NCBI GenBank assembly: GCA_965221075.1
Contig: OZ244865.1
Span: 2,052,043 to 2,116,042 of the forward strand
Length of the DNA stretch: 64,000 bases
Direction: 5' to 3'
DNA from: Limisphaerales bacterium
Lineage (GTDB): Bacteria; Verrucomicrobiota; Verrucomicrobiia; Limisphaerales; AAA164-E04
Positions 29,083 to 37,961 of the stretch are shown piece after piece; within the stretch, counting starts at the first letter, position 1, and each line of letters begins with the position of its first letter. The notes beneath the pieces are model-generated. The model searched no databases. It was not told the DNA's origin and saw only the letters and a program-made list of their open reading frames with translations. Position numbers and translations under genes: made by a program.

Positions 29083-29228
29083 CTGCTCGGCTTCATGGCA
29101 TCTGCCAGGGCCTTCCGCCCGGATCGCGCCGATCTGATCGACCGGGCCCGGAACGCTTCCCTCGCCTCCGGCCGCCGAACGGACGGAGGCGGAGCGGAAG
29201 GGCGGACACAAGAAGCGCCGGGGGTTCC

Positions 29229-29304
29229 TGGTGGAGCCGAGGGGAGTCGAACCCCTGACCCCCACAATGCCATTGTGGTGCTCTACCAGCTGAGCTACGA
29301 CCCC
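29229..29304 (-). tRNA. tRNA-Ala (anticodon GGC)
   Basis: The reverse complement folds as a 76-nt cloverleaf: GGGGTCG-TA-GCTC-AGCTGGTA-GAGC-A-CCACA-ATGGCAT-TGTGG-GGGTC-AGGGG-TTCGACT-CCCCT-CGGCTCC-A-CCA. It has the G3:U70 Ala identity pair and an encoded CCA. Confidence 0.95.
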
Positions 29305-29322
29305 AGGAACCAAGGGCGGCCA

Positions 29323-29352
29323 AGGATGTCCCATGCCGCCCTTCCGTGTCAA
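29323..29352 (-). promoter_or_regulatory. Putative sigma70-type promoter for tRNA-Ala
   Basis: On the minus strand there is a perfect -35 TTGACA (29347-29352), an 18-nt spacer and a -10-like CATCCT (29323-29328). It ends 18 nt upstream of the tRNA 5' end. Confidence 0.35.
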
Positions 29353-29364
29353 GCAGGCCTGAGG

Positions 29365-29404
29365 AAAAAACGCCGGGCCCTCCGGACACCGCCGGAAGGC
29401 CCGG
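29365..29404 (-). terminator. Rho-independent terminator downstream of the LamG-protein gene
   Basis: On the minus strand: CCGGGCCTTCCGG-cggtgt-CCGGAGGGCCCGG (13-nt arms, one mismatch), then cg, then TTTTTT (29365-29370). It lies about 110 nt past the stop at 29513. Confidence 0.7.
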
Positions 29405-29512
29405 GAATCCTCCAGCGATCCGAACGGCCTATGGATCTCTCCGGGCGTGCCGCAGCGGCGCATCCGCCGGGGGGCCCGGACCGGCTCCTGCCTGTTCCTC
29501 GGGAGCCGGAAG

Positions 29513-31510
29513 CTAACGGACCTGGTAGAAGCGCGCCTCTCCGGAGACGGCCGAGGTGTAGGGCGAGGCCGCGCCCTGCACGGCGGTCCAGGGACCGGTC
29601 ACCGCATCGCTCGCATAGAGGGTGCCGGTGTACTCCAGGGTGATCCCGTCGTCGGAGAGGGAGACCGAGGCGATCTCCGCGTCTCCCGTCGGGTCGGGAG
29701 GATCCACCTCGTCCATGAAGGCGGTCTCCTGCACCGGAACCGGCACCGAGTCGTTGAAGCTCCCGGTGGTGCTCAGGTAGAAGTCGTCGAAAAGCACCAG
29801 TCCGTCGGACTCGCTGCCGGCGAAGGCCACGGTAAAGAGCACGTCCAGCTCCGGGAACACCGCCCCCAGGTCGGTGGATCCCGCCGGGTTCCGGTCGGAA
29901 AGCCACTCCTCGGCGACGGTGACGCGATCTCCGCCAGCGCCATCCTCCTTGATGTGGATGCTGAAGAGGTCCCCGTCCTCCACCGACCGGTTGTCGATGT
30001 CGAGCCAGACGTTGTAGTGGGTGTCCAGATCCAGGTCCGGGTTGTTCAGCCACACCGGAGTTTCGCCCACGCCGTCGATGGCGTAGAGATCGAACAGCTT
30101 GGAACCCTGCACCTCGTGGTTGCTGAACTGGACGAAGGGGCCTACGTCGTTGTCGAAGTCGCCCACGAAGCGGATGGGCTTGTCGGTGAATCCCAGGTTG
30201 AGGGTGAGGCTCTCGGCCTCGGCTTCGGAATTGACCAGGACCCGGAAGAACAGGGTGGTCCTGACTCCCTCGTCGATGGTCTTGCTGGCCAGCTCCAGGG
30301 CGTTGAGAGCGGCTCCGGCGCTGAAGGAGAGGGCATGGCTCGTGGGCCCCTCCACGATCTGGGCGTCTCCCTCGGGATTCCTCCACTGGCCCAGGCCGTT
30401 GATCGATCCCGGCTCCCAGGTGTCGAAGTTGTCGATCAGCGTCCAGCCGCCGGCGACCCCGTCGAGGGCGCTCGCCTTGGCGCTGGCGGTGACCGACTCG
30501 CCATCCCGGGTGGCCGTCAGGACGAAGGTGCGGGTGCCCTCCAGGGCCACCGAGACGCTGCCCACTCCGAAATCGGTGTTGCCGGAAACATCGCCCACCC
30601 CGTGGTTGATGGAGAGAGCGGCATCGGGGCTGGCATCCCAGTGGAGCACGGCCTCCTGGCCGTTGACCACCCCCGGATACTCCACCGTGAAGCTGTTGAT
30701 CGCCAGATCCCTGGGGCCGGTGTCCACCTCGGGCACCCCGTCGCTGATCACGGCGCTGATCTCGTCGGCGCTCAGGGCGCGGCTCCAGAGCGCCACGTCG
30801 TCGATGAGGCCGGTCACCCAGTGCGTGTTGCTGGCGCGCCTGATCCCCCCGATGGTCGTGGTGTTGAGGCTCCAGTCGCCCTCCTCGGGACGGGGCCCGA
30901 TCTCGAGAGTGTCGAGAGCCCCGTCCACGTACAGGTAGCGGCTGCCGTCCTCCTGCTGCGTGAAGGCGATGTGGCTCCAGGTGCCGTCGAAGGGCTCCTG
31001 CTCCGAGAAGATGTGGCCGACGGTGGGCCAGCCCGAGAGGCCGTTGCGGATGTACAGATCCACCTGGCCGGTGGTGCCGTTGTTGCGGGTTCCGATGTTG
31101 AACAGCGGATTGCTGTCCTCGGTGGAGCCCTCCGAGAAGACGCGCAGATCGTTCTGGCCGACGCCCTCGACGTTCGTCCACATGGAGATGGTGAATGCCG
31201 GATGCTGGTTGATGGGCAGCAGATCCCCCTCCTCGGAGATGCGGAGCAGGATGGTCTGGCGGGCGTTGTCGAAGGAGAAGGCCATTCCGATCTGTCCCTC
31301 CACCAGATCCTCGGCGGTGAGGTTGACCAGGTCCATGTCGTAGCCGCTGACCAGATCCGGAGTCCTGGTCCCCTGCACCTCGTCGAGGGGCCAGTGCGAC
31401 ACCAGCCCGTCGGAAAGCTCCTGCGAGAGGAGGGACTGCTTGCCCAGCTGGAGTCCCGCGGCGCAGGCCAGCAGGAGAGCCAGCACGGATGTACGGTAGC
31501 TGCTTGACAT
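29513..31510 (-). CDS. Secreted LamG/concanavalin-A-like lectin domain protein
   Basis: ORF 29513..31537 trimmed to ATG 31510 (signal MSSSYRTSVLALLLACAAG). LamG-type start LVSHWPLDEVQG ... GMAFSFD ... FTISMWTN and a second module (WSHIAFTQQEDGSRYLYVDG). Conserved C-terminal roughly 50-aa tail. Confidence 0.7.
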   Translation of the reverse strand: MSSSYRTSVLALLLACAAGLQLGKQSLLSQELSDGLVSHWPLDEVQGTRTPDLVSGYDMDLVNLTAEDLVEGQIGMAFSFDNARQTILLRISEEGDLLPINQHPAFTISMWTNVEGVGQNDLRVFSEGSTEDSNPLFNIGTRNNGTTGQVDLYIRNGLSGWPTVGHIFSEQEPFDGTWSHIAFTQQEDGSRYLYVDGALDTLEIGPRPEEGDWSLNTTTIGGIRRASNTHWVTGLIDDVALWSRALSADEISAVISDGVPEVDTGPRDLAINSFTVEYPGVVNGQEAVLHWDASPDAALSINHGVGDVSGNTDFGVGSVSVALEGTRTFVLTATRDGESVTASAKASALDGVAGGWTLIDNFDTWEPGSINGLGQWRNPEGDAQIVEGPTSHALSFSAGAALNALELASKTIDEGVRTTLFFRVLVNSEAEAESLTLNLGFTDKPIRFVGDFDNDVGPFVQFSNHEVQGSKLFDLYAIDGVGETPVWLNNPDLDLDTHYNVWLDIDNRSVEDGDLFSIHIKEDGAGGDRVTVAEEWLSDRNPAGSTDLGAVFPELDVLFTVAFAGSESDGLVLFDDFYLSTTGSFNDSVPVPVQETAFMDEVDPPDPTGDAEIASVSLSDDGITLEYTGTLYASDAVTGPWTAVQGAASPYTSAVSGEARFYQVR

Positions 31511-31785
31511 GGCCTGGACAGTACCCGCTTCCGCCACTCCCGATCAAGAAGTCGTGAACCGCTCGAAGGCAGCCTGATCGCCGCCCGCCATCTCCGGAAC
31601 GCCTTCCGCCTGGATGGACCGACAGTCCAAGAGCCTGCCTGGAGACCACCGGCGCGCCGCTTCCAGAATGCAGCAGCGGAGGCGGAGCGCCCGATCCCCC
31701 CGTCGGCCGCAGCCCTGCGAAGCGGCCGGGAAAAGGGAAATGGACAGGGCCCGCATGTGGGATCTACGATCCTGCCTGGAGTTAG

Positions 31786-33042
31786 ATGAGACTGTATCCC
31801 TCTTACGCACTGCTTGCCCTGGTCCTGCTGACGTCCGCTAGCGCCGAGCCCTTCCGCAAGGTCCTCGCCAGCGTTCGGGACAACGTCCGCACCGGATCCT
31901 GGCACCTGGATTCCGGCGACCTTCCCCTCCCGGTCGAGGCCCGCTGGTCGATCCGCAAGGACGTGCTCCGAGGAGGCAAGCAGGAAGGGGTCGACCGCAT
32001 CGTCCTGGACAACGGCAGGGTGCGCCTGGTGGTCCTCCCCACCCGGGGCATGAGCATCCTGGAGGTCTCCATGGGGGATCTGCGCCTGGGATGGGACTCG
32101 CCGGTCGAGGAACCGGTCCACCCCCGCCACATCGACCTCCGGAGCCGGGGAGGGCTCGGCTGGCTGGAAGGCTTCAACGAATGGCTGGTCCGGTGCGGGC
32201 TCGAGTCGGCGGGGCACCCGGGCGAGGACCGGTTCGTCGACAACACCGGCAACGAGGCGGTTATGGACCTCACCCTGCACGGGAAGATCGGGAACATCCC
32301 CGCCTCCGAGGTCGAGGTGGTGGTGGAGCGGGAGGCCCCCTACCGGCTGGGGGTCCGGGGCCGGGTCGACGAGCGGATGTTCTACGGCCCCCAGCTGGAG
32401 CTGTGGACCGAGCTGTGGACCGAGCCCGGCTCGGCCTCCTTCACCCTGCACGACACCCTGACCAACCGGGGAGGCGGCGACCAGGAGTTCCAGCTGATCT
32501 ACCACGCCAACTTCGGCCCTCCGATCCTGGAGGAGGGGGCGCGCCTGGCGGCGCCTGTCCGCCGGGTCAGCCCCTTCAACGAGCACGCCGCCGCCCATCT
32601 GGAGGGGCACGCGGTCTACCAGGGGCCGACGCCGGGCTTCGTAGAGCAGGTCTACTGCCTGAGGCTGGTCGGATCGGGCGAGGACCAGCGCACCGAGGTC
32701 CTGCTGCAGAACGCCGCCGCCGACCGGGGAGTCCGCATTTCCTGGCTGCTCTCCGAGCTCCCCTACCTGACCCAGTGGAAGAACACCGCCGACCTGGACT
32801 CGGGCTACGTGACCGGCATCGAGCCGGGCACCGGCTTCCCCTACAACCGCGGCGTGGAGCGCCGCTTTGGACGGGTCCCGGCGCTCGGGCCGGGAGAGAG
32901 CCGCGAGTTCAGCCTCAGGTTCGACCTGCTGGACAGCGCCGAAGCGGTGGTCCAGTCCCAGGAACGCATCCGGGCGCTGGCCATGGGAACACGCACCCGG
33001 ATCCAGACCACCCCTGAGGCCGATCCCGACGCGGAGCAGTAG
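31786..33042 (+). CDS. Aldose-1-epimerase-like (DUF4432-type) protein with signal peptide
   Basis: 418 aa. Signal MRLYPSYALLALVLLTSASA. Pattern VLPTRGMSILEVSMGDLRLGW ... HGKIGNIPASEV ... YHANFGPP is typical of the galactose-mutarotase-like DUF4432 family. Confidence 0.6.
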   Translation: MRLYPSYALLALVLLTSASAEPFRKVLASVRDNVRTGSWHLDSGDLPLPVEARWSIRKDVLRGGKQEGVDRIVLDNGRVRLVVLPTRGMSILEVSMGDLRLGWDSPVEEPVHPRHIDLRSRGGLGWLEGFNEWLVRCGLESAGHPGEDRFVDNTGNEAVMDLTLHGKIGNIPASEVEVVVEREAPYRLGVRGRVDERMFYGPQLELWTELWTEPGSASFTLHDTLTNRGGGDQEFQLIYHANFGPPILEEGARLAAPVRRVSPFNEHAAAHLEGHAVYQGPTPGFVEQVYCLRLVGSGEDQRTEVLLQNAAADRGVRISWLLSELPYLTQWKNTADLDSGYVTGIEPGTGFPYNRGVERRFGRVPALGPGESREFSLRFDLLDSAEAVVQSQERIRALAMGTRTRIQTTPEADPDAEQ

Positions 33043-33095
33043 CCTCCGCCATTGCCGTCCGGAGACGGCGCGCCGCCGAGGCGGCGGCGGGCGGC

Positions 33096-35717
33096 TCAGA
33101 AAAGCTGCCGCCTGCTCTGGTGGTGGATGGTGTTGTGGATCACCCGCTCCACCGGCGTCCCGTCGGCTCCCTTCAGGAACATCCGGATCTCCATGCCCCA
33201 GGTGGGCTCCAGGTCCGGGATGTCGAGGAACAGCTGCCGGCGGTCCCGGGATATGCGCGCTCCGGCGACGTCCAGCCCGCGCTGGTTGTGGTGGCGGGAG
33301 CCGTACCTCTGGCTGCGCACCAGATCCCACACCTCGACCGTGTAGGCGTCGGGATCGGCGGCCGACCGGACGTCGAGGGGATCGGTGAAGGTCAGCCCGA
33401 CTCCCTCCTCATAGGCCTCCAGGCCGGTGATCTGCCAGGCGGGACGGCCGGTGTGGCGGATCCGGTAGAAGCCGCCGTCCTGGTGCTTGTTTCCCGCCCA
33501 GGCGAACATTCCCGAGACGTAGAGCTGGCCGGTGCCCCGGTGGAAGCGGCCCCGCATGATGCCGGTGGGAAACTCAAGGCCCAGGCTGACCATCCCCCCC
33601 TGGGCCTGGCCATCGACGATCTCGTGGGGAACCAGGAACACCCTGCCCGTCCCGTAGCTCAGGCTCAGGAGGCTCCCCCTCAGGGGGCCCCAGGAGGCCC
33701 ACTCCGGAACCCACAGCAGCTCGCCGGGGCTCCGGTCGAAGGCGTTGGTGATCCAGCAGAGGGGCTGCTCCATCGCCGCGTCGCTCTCGTCCTCGACGTC
33801 GTGGTAGCCCATCATGTTACCGTAGAAGCCTCCCCTGCGGACGTAGTTGATGCGGTTCTTGGGGTTCCAGTGGCCTTCCTGGTCGGTGACGATGAAGGAT
33901 CCGTCCGGGTTGAGGCAGACGCCGTTGGCCGCCCGGAAGCCGTTGGCCAGGATCTCGGTGCCGCTCCCGTCGGCGCTCACCTTGAGCAGGGTGCCGTGGT
34001 GGGGCACCAGGGCGGTCCGGGCGTGCCGGGCCGACTTGGCGTAGTAGAAGTTGCCCTCGGAGTCGGTCTGCAGCCCCATCGCGAACTCGTGGAAGTGCTC
34101 GGTCACCTGATGGTCCGAGTTGAAGGACTCGATGTAGTCGATCTCCCGATCCCCGTTCAGATCGTGGAGGCGGGCGATCTGGTCCCGGCAGGCGATGTAG
34201 GCCACATCGTCGACCACCTTCACACCCAGCGGCTGGAAGAGCCCGGTGCAGATCCGCTTCCACCGGACCTCGCCCAGGGGCGACTCCCCCACCCCGTCCA
34301 CCAGCCAGACGTCGCCCAGCCAGGTGGCCACCACCGCGGTGTTTCCGCCCGAGAGGAAGTCGAAGCCCCCCAGGCGCATCCAGCTGTTCCAGGGGTTGGC
34401 GTCGGGACAGGGGATCTCGTCGGCCTCGAAGGGCTCCTCCTCGCCGCCCTGGATCCCCTGCAGCACCACCACCTCGGGAAAGCGGGCCCCGCCCCCCTTC
34501 AGGAGGTTCTCCAGATCCGGGCCCCCGGCCCCGGTCCCGGCCAGGGCGTCGAGGCTCTCCTGCCCGGCACGGGAGACGAAGATCCGCAGCTGCAGCGGAG
34601 TGGACTCGGCCGGGATGCTCAGGACATGGAAGCCGTCGCGGATCTCGAGCCCGGCCTCCCCGGAGGAGGCCACGCTGGCCGAGACCTCCGCGGGAGCCAC
34701 CCGGTGGACCAGGGGGCGGTCGGACCTGCCCACCTTGAGGGTGCGGACATAGGCCACCTCCCCGCCGAGCCTCTCCATGGACGGCATGTCCAGCACCCGG
34801 GTACCCCCCACGGTGTACTCCACCACCACCTTCTGCCCGTGCACGTACTGCCCCTTGAAGCGGGCCCAGTCCCGGGGAAGCGGCCCGTAGGGCCTGCCGT
34901 CCCTGCCCAGGAAGCGGGGATCCTCCCAGCTGCCGGTCTCGGGGTGGGCCCATCCGGGGCCGACCGGATTGACGAAGGCGACATCCCCCTCGATCGAGGC
35001 GTGGGTGCCGTGCGACTGGTCCAGGGCGATCCCCCGCCAGTCGATGAATCCGGAGCCGGACCAGGCCGCAGCCAGCCTCATGGTGTCGTGGTCGTAGACC
35101 ATCCAGGCACGGCCCCGGCCGATGCCGCCGCGGCCCGGATCCAGGCGCACCGCGATGGCCTTGTAGGCGATGTTGCCGGGGGCCACCTGGTAGGTCCAGT
35201 TGAGCATCGGCCCGAAGTCCATGCGGCGGTACCTGGGCCCCCGGGAGTACTCGCGCATCTCGCTGGTGATCTCCCCGGTGAGGCTGGAGCCCCGGGGAAG
35301 CCCCTCCAGGTAGCGCTCGTCGACCTCGAAGTACTCCCCGCGGTTGGTCGGCTTGACCAGCCTCTCCCGGACGAAGTGGATCACGTCGTAGCGCTGCCCG
35401 ACCGTCAGGAAGGGGAAGGCCGGCATCTGGCCGTAGCCCTCCCCCAGGGTGCGGAACAGGCTGAGGGGATCGGAGCCGTTCTTGAAGGGGGCCTCCCAGA
35501 ACTTGCGGGAGGTGGGCAGGCTCCCCTCGCGCTCCAGGTCCCCGTGGCAGGTGATGCAGGCGGTCTCGTAGATGCGCGCTCCCCGCTCGAGGGCGTCGCG
35601 GTCCCATCCGCCGATTATCCCGGCGTGATCGATGCCCTCCCCGCCCTCCTGGGCGGAGGCAGGCAGGCACGGGAGGAGGAAGGCAAGCGGCCAGAGGTTG
35701 CTAGGCTTGCGGAGCAT
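33096..35717 (-). CDS. Cytochrome c-containing, beta-propeller dehydrogenase-like secreted protein (PVC 'membrane-bound dehydrogenase domain' type)
   Basis: ORF 33096..35771 trimmed to ATG 35717 (signal MLRKPSNLWPLAFLLPCLPASA). Haem-binding CITCHGD. Long C-terminal region with sorbosone/glucose-dehydrogenase-like propeller signatures (GVCLNPDGSFIVTDQEGHW). Confidence 0.65.
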   Translation of the reverse strand: MLRKPSNLWPLAFLLPCLPASAQEGGEGIDHAGIIGGWDRDALERGARIYETACITCHGDLEREGSLPTSRKFWEAPFKNGSDPLSLFRTLGEGYGQMPAFPFLTVGQRYDVIHFVRERLVKPTNRGEYFEVDERYLEGLPRGSSLTGEITSEMREYSRGPRYRRMDFGPMLNWTYQVAPGNIAYKAIAVRLDPGRGGIGRGRAWMVYDHDTMRLAAAWSGSGFIDWRGIALDQSHGTHASIEGDVAFVNPVGPGWAHPETGSWEDPRFLGRDGRPYGPLPRDWARFKGQYVHGQKVVVEYTVGGTRVLDMPSMERLGGEVAYVRTLKVGRSDRPLVHRVAPAEVSASVASSGEAGLEIRDGFHVLSIPAESTPLQLRIFVSRAGQESLDALAGTGAGGPDLENLLKGGGARFPEVVVLQGIQGGEEEPFEADEIPCPDANPWNSWMRLGGFDFLSGGNTAVVATWLGDVWLVDGVGESPLGEVRWKRICTGLFQPLGVKVVDDVAYIACRDQIARLHDLNGDREIDYIESFNSDHQVTEHFHEFAMGLQTDSEGNFYYAKSARHARTALVPHHGTLLKVSADGSGTEILANGFRAANGVCLNPDGSFIVTDQEGHWNPKNRINYVRRGGFYGNMMGYHDVEDESDAAMEQPLCWITNAFDRSPGELLWVPEWASWGPLRGSLLSLSYGTGRVFLVPHEIVDGQAQGGMVSLGLEFPTGIMRGRFHRGTGQLYVSGMFAWAGNKHQDGGFYRIRHTGRPAWQITGLEAYEEGVGLTFTDPLDVRSAADPDAYTVEVWDLVRSQRYGSRHHNQRGLDVAGARISRDRRQLFLDIPDLEPTWGMEIRMFLKGADGTPVERVIHNTIHHQSRRQLF

Positions 35718-35816
35718 GGCGGATCGGCTCTCCCTCGGGACCGGGCCGTCCCGAGAAACGGGGGTGGACAAGGTTCCGGCGGGGCGGAGGGCCCGGATCC
35801 GCCCCGCTCCCCAGGA

Positions 35817-36173
35817 TCAGCCCTGGAGCTCCCGGTAGCAGGCCTCGGCATCCTCGAGGGTGTCGAAGATGCCCGAACTGGGCAGCACGTTGGCCATGTC
35901 CACCACCGTCCGGATCCGGGGCGGAAGGTTGCACATCAGGATCCTCCCCTTCCGGCTCTCCATCGCCTTGCGGTAGAGGAGCAGGAGCCGTACGCCCATG
36001 CTGCTGATGTACTCCAGCTTCCCGAAGTCGAAGATCACGTACCGGATCTCCGGGGAGACCTTGTCCTTGAGAGCCTGCTCGCACTGGCCGATGGTGGCGC
36101 TCTCCATCCTGCCGCCGATCTGGATGCGCAGGCATCCGGATCGGGGCTCGGAAACGCTGACCTCTACTGGCAT
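35817..36173 (-). CDS. STAS-domain protein (anti-sigma-factor antagonist-like)
   Basis: 118 aa. SpoIIAA-like core VIFDFGKLEYISSMGVRLLLLYRK with a Ser at the phosphorylatable position. About 50% identical to the adjacent paralogue. Confidence 0.8.
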   Translation of the reverse strand: MPVEVSVSEPRSGCLRIQIGGRMESATIGQCEQALKDKVSPEIRYVIFDFGKLEYISSMGVRLLLLYRKAMESRKGRILMCNLPPRIRTVVDMANVLPSSGIFDTLEDAEACYRELQG

Positions 36174-36216
36174 CGGGAGGGGGCGGGGGGCAAGGGAGAC
36201 GGATCCGGGAGCATCC

Positions 36217-36576
36217 CTAGGAGTCGGACTCCTGCATCTTGTCGAAGTAGGCGTCGGCTTCGGCGACGCTCTCGAAGATCCCCCAGCTGGGCAGCACGTT
36301 GGCGATGTCGATCACCTTCTTGATCTTGGGAGGAACGTTGGTCATCAGCATCTTCCCTCCCCGGCTCTCCATCACCTTGCGGAAGATGAGCAGCAGGCGG
36401 ATCCCCATGCTGCTGATGTAGGCGAGCTCCGAGAGCTCGAAGGTCATGTACTTGGTGCTCGGCTGGATGTGCCTGCGCAGCTCGGTCTCGCACTCGGCAG
36501 CCGTCTGGCTGTCAAGCCGTCCCTTCAGCGTCGCATGCAGCGACCCCGGGCGGCGCTCCACCACATTGAGTTCCAT
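36217..36576 (-). CDS. STAS-domain protein (anti-sigma-factor antagonist-like), tandem paralogue
   Basis: 119 aa. MTFELSELAYISSMGIRLLLIFRK and MLMTNVPPKIKKVIDIANVLPSWGIF parallel the neighbouring gene. Confidence 0.8.
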   Translation of the reverse strand: MELNVVERRPGSLHATLKGRLDSQTAAECETELRRHIQPSTKYMTFELSELAYISSMGIRLLLIFRKVMESRGGKMLMTNVPPKIKKVIDIANVLPSWGIFESVAEADAYFDKMQESDS

Positions 36577-36660
36577 TGCCGACAGGCTAGGCGATCGGGA
36601 CCATGCGGCACAAGACAGTTTATGCCGGCCCCGGGGCGCGGCAGGACATCCTGCCCGGGC

Positions 36661-37941
36661 CTACCCGAACATGCCGGCCACCGGAACGCCCTTGTCCGCC
36701 ACGGTGAAGGGGCGCCCCGAGTCCGAGAGGATCACCCTGTCCTGGGGCAGGCCCAGGGCGTGGGCGATGGTCGCGTTGAAGTCGGAGATGGAGACCCGGT
36801 CGGAGACCACCTCCATCCCCTTGGGATCGGTCCGTCCGTGGACCTGGCCTCCGGCGATACCCCCCCCGGCCAGCAGGCAGCTGAAGGCCTTGGGATAGTG
36901 GTCGCGCCCCCTGTTCTGGTTGATCCGGGGAGTGCGGCCGAACTCGGTGGCCACCACCACCAGGGTGCTCTCCAGGAGCCCCCTGGAGTCGAGATCCAGC
37001 AGCAGGGCGCTCAGGGCCCTGTCCAGCTCCCGGGCCCGGCCCTCGACCCGCTCGAAGTTGTTCTGGTGGGTGTCCCACCCGCCGGAGTTGACCTCGACGT
37101 AGCGGACATCGTGCTCCGCCAGCCGGCGGGCCAGCAGGCATCCCTGCCCGAAGGAGCTGTCGCCGTAGCGCTCCCGCAGGTCCTCGGGCTCCTTGGAGAT
37201 GTCGAAGGCCAGCAGGTCCCGGCCCCGGATCAGCGAGAGCGCCTCCCGGTAGGCCTGGACGTAGTCCCGGACGCCGCGCGAGCCGTACCGCTGGTGGAAC
37301 GGAGCGTCGATCTGCCGGGAGATGTCCAGCCGCTCCATGAGCCGCTTCTGGGTGATCCCGGAGGGCAGCCGGCTGTTCTGCAGTCCCGAGCGGGGATCCC
37401 CGATGGGCAGGGGTGCGCAGCTCGACTCGAAGAAGCCGCATCCGGGATGGCGGCTGTCGGCGCCGATGGTCACGTAGCCCGGAATGCTCCGGCTGATCCT
37501 GCCGGCCAGGCGCATGGTCCAGGCCCCGGTGGAGGGATGCCGGATGGTCCCCCGGCGGGCGTATCCGGTCCGCATCAGGTAGCGGCCGCGGTCGTGGGCC
37601 CCCTGGGTGGACGACATGGAGCGGACGATGGCCGCCTTGTGCATGCAGCGGGCCAGGCCCTCCATGTGGGCGCTCACCCGGATGCCGGGCACGGAGGTGG
37701 CGATTGACTCCAGCGGGCCGCGGACCTCGGAGTCGGTCTTGGGATCCAGGGTGTCGAGGTGGCTCATCCCCCCCGACATGTAGAGATAGATGACCCGGCT
37801 GGCAGGCCCCGGCAGGGGCAGAGCGGGAGGCTCCTGGCCCGCGGCTCGGAGCATGGGCAGGCCGAGGCTCACCCCGAGAAACGACTTGGCAGCCAGTCCG
37901 GCGAACTCGCGCCGCGAAAGCTCGTTCATGGTGTGTTTCAT
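36661..37941 (-). CDS. DUF1501 (sulfatase-fold) protein with Tat signal
   Basis: 426 aa. Tat-type signal SRREFAGLAAKSFLGVSLGLPML. Hallmark motifs YLYMSGGMSHLD, GGWDTHQNNF and EFGRTPRIN. Confidence 0.85.
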   Translation of the reverse strand: MKHTMNELSRREFAGLAAKSFLGVSLGLPMLRAAGQEPPALPLPGPASRVIYLYMSGGMSHLDTLDPKTDSEVRGPLESIATSVPGIRVSAHMEGLARCMHKAAIVRSMSSTQGAHDRGRYLMRTGYARRGTIRHPSTGAWTMRLAGRISRSIPGYVTIGADSRHPGCGFFESSCAPLPIGDPRSGLQNSRLPSGITQKRLMERLDISRQIDAPFHQRYGSRGVRDYVQAYREALSLIRGRDLLAFDISKEPEDLRERYGDSSFGQGCLLARRLAEHDVRYVEVNSGGWDTHQNNFERVEGRARELDRALSALLLDLDSRGLLESTLVVVATEFGRTPRINQNRGRDHYPKAFSCLLAGGGIAGGQVHGRTDPKGMEVVSDRVSISDFNATIAHALGLPQDRVILSDSGRPFTVADKGVPVAGMFG

Positions 37942-37961
37942 GGGACGCTACGGCCCGTGGC

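Noticed and set aside
28486-29463. Full 325-aa version of the Sel1-repeat ORF
   Set aside because: Its first 127 codons read straight through tRNA-Ala (29229-29304), its promoter and a terminator. The protein-like part, with a lipoprotein signal, begins at ATG 29082.
33120-36323. 1067-aa plus-strand ORF covering the cytochrome c/dehydrogenase and STAS genes
   Set aside because: Same compositional signature (GAPRVH-rich, no motifs). It spans three independently well-supported minus-strand genes and their intergenic gaps.
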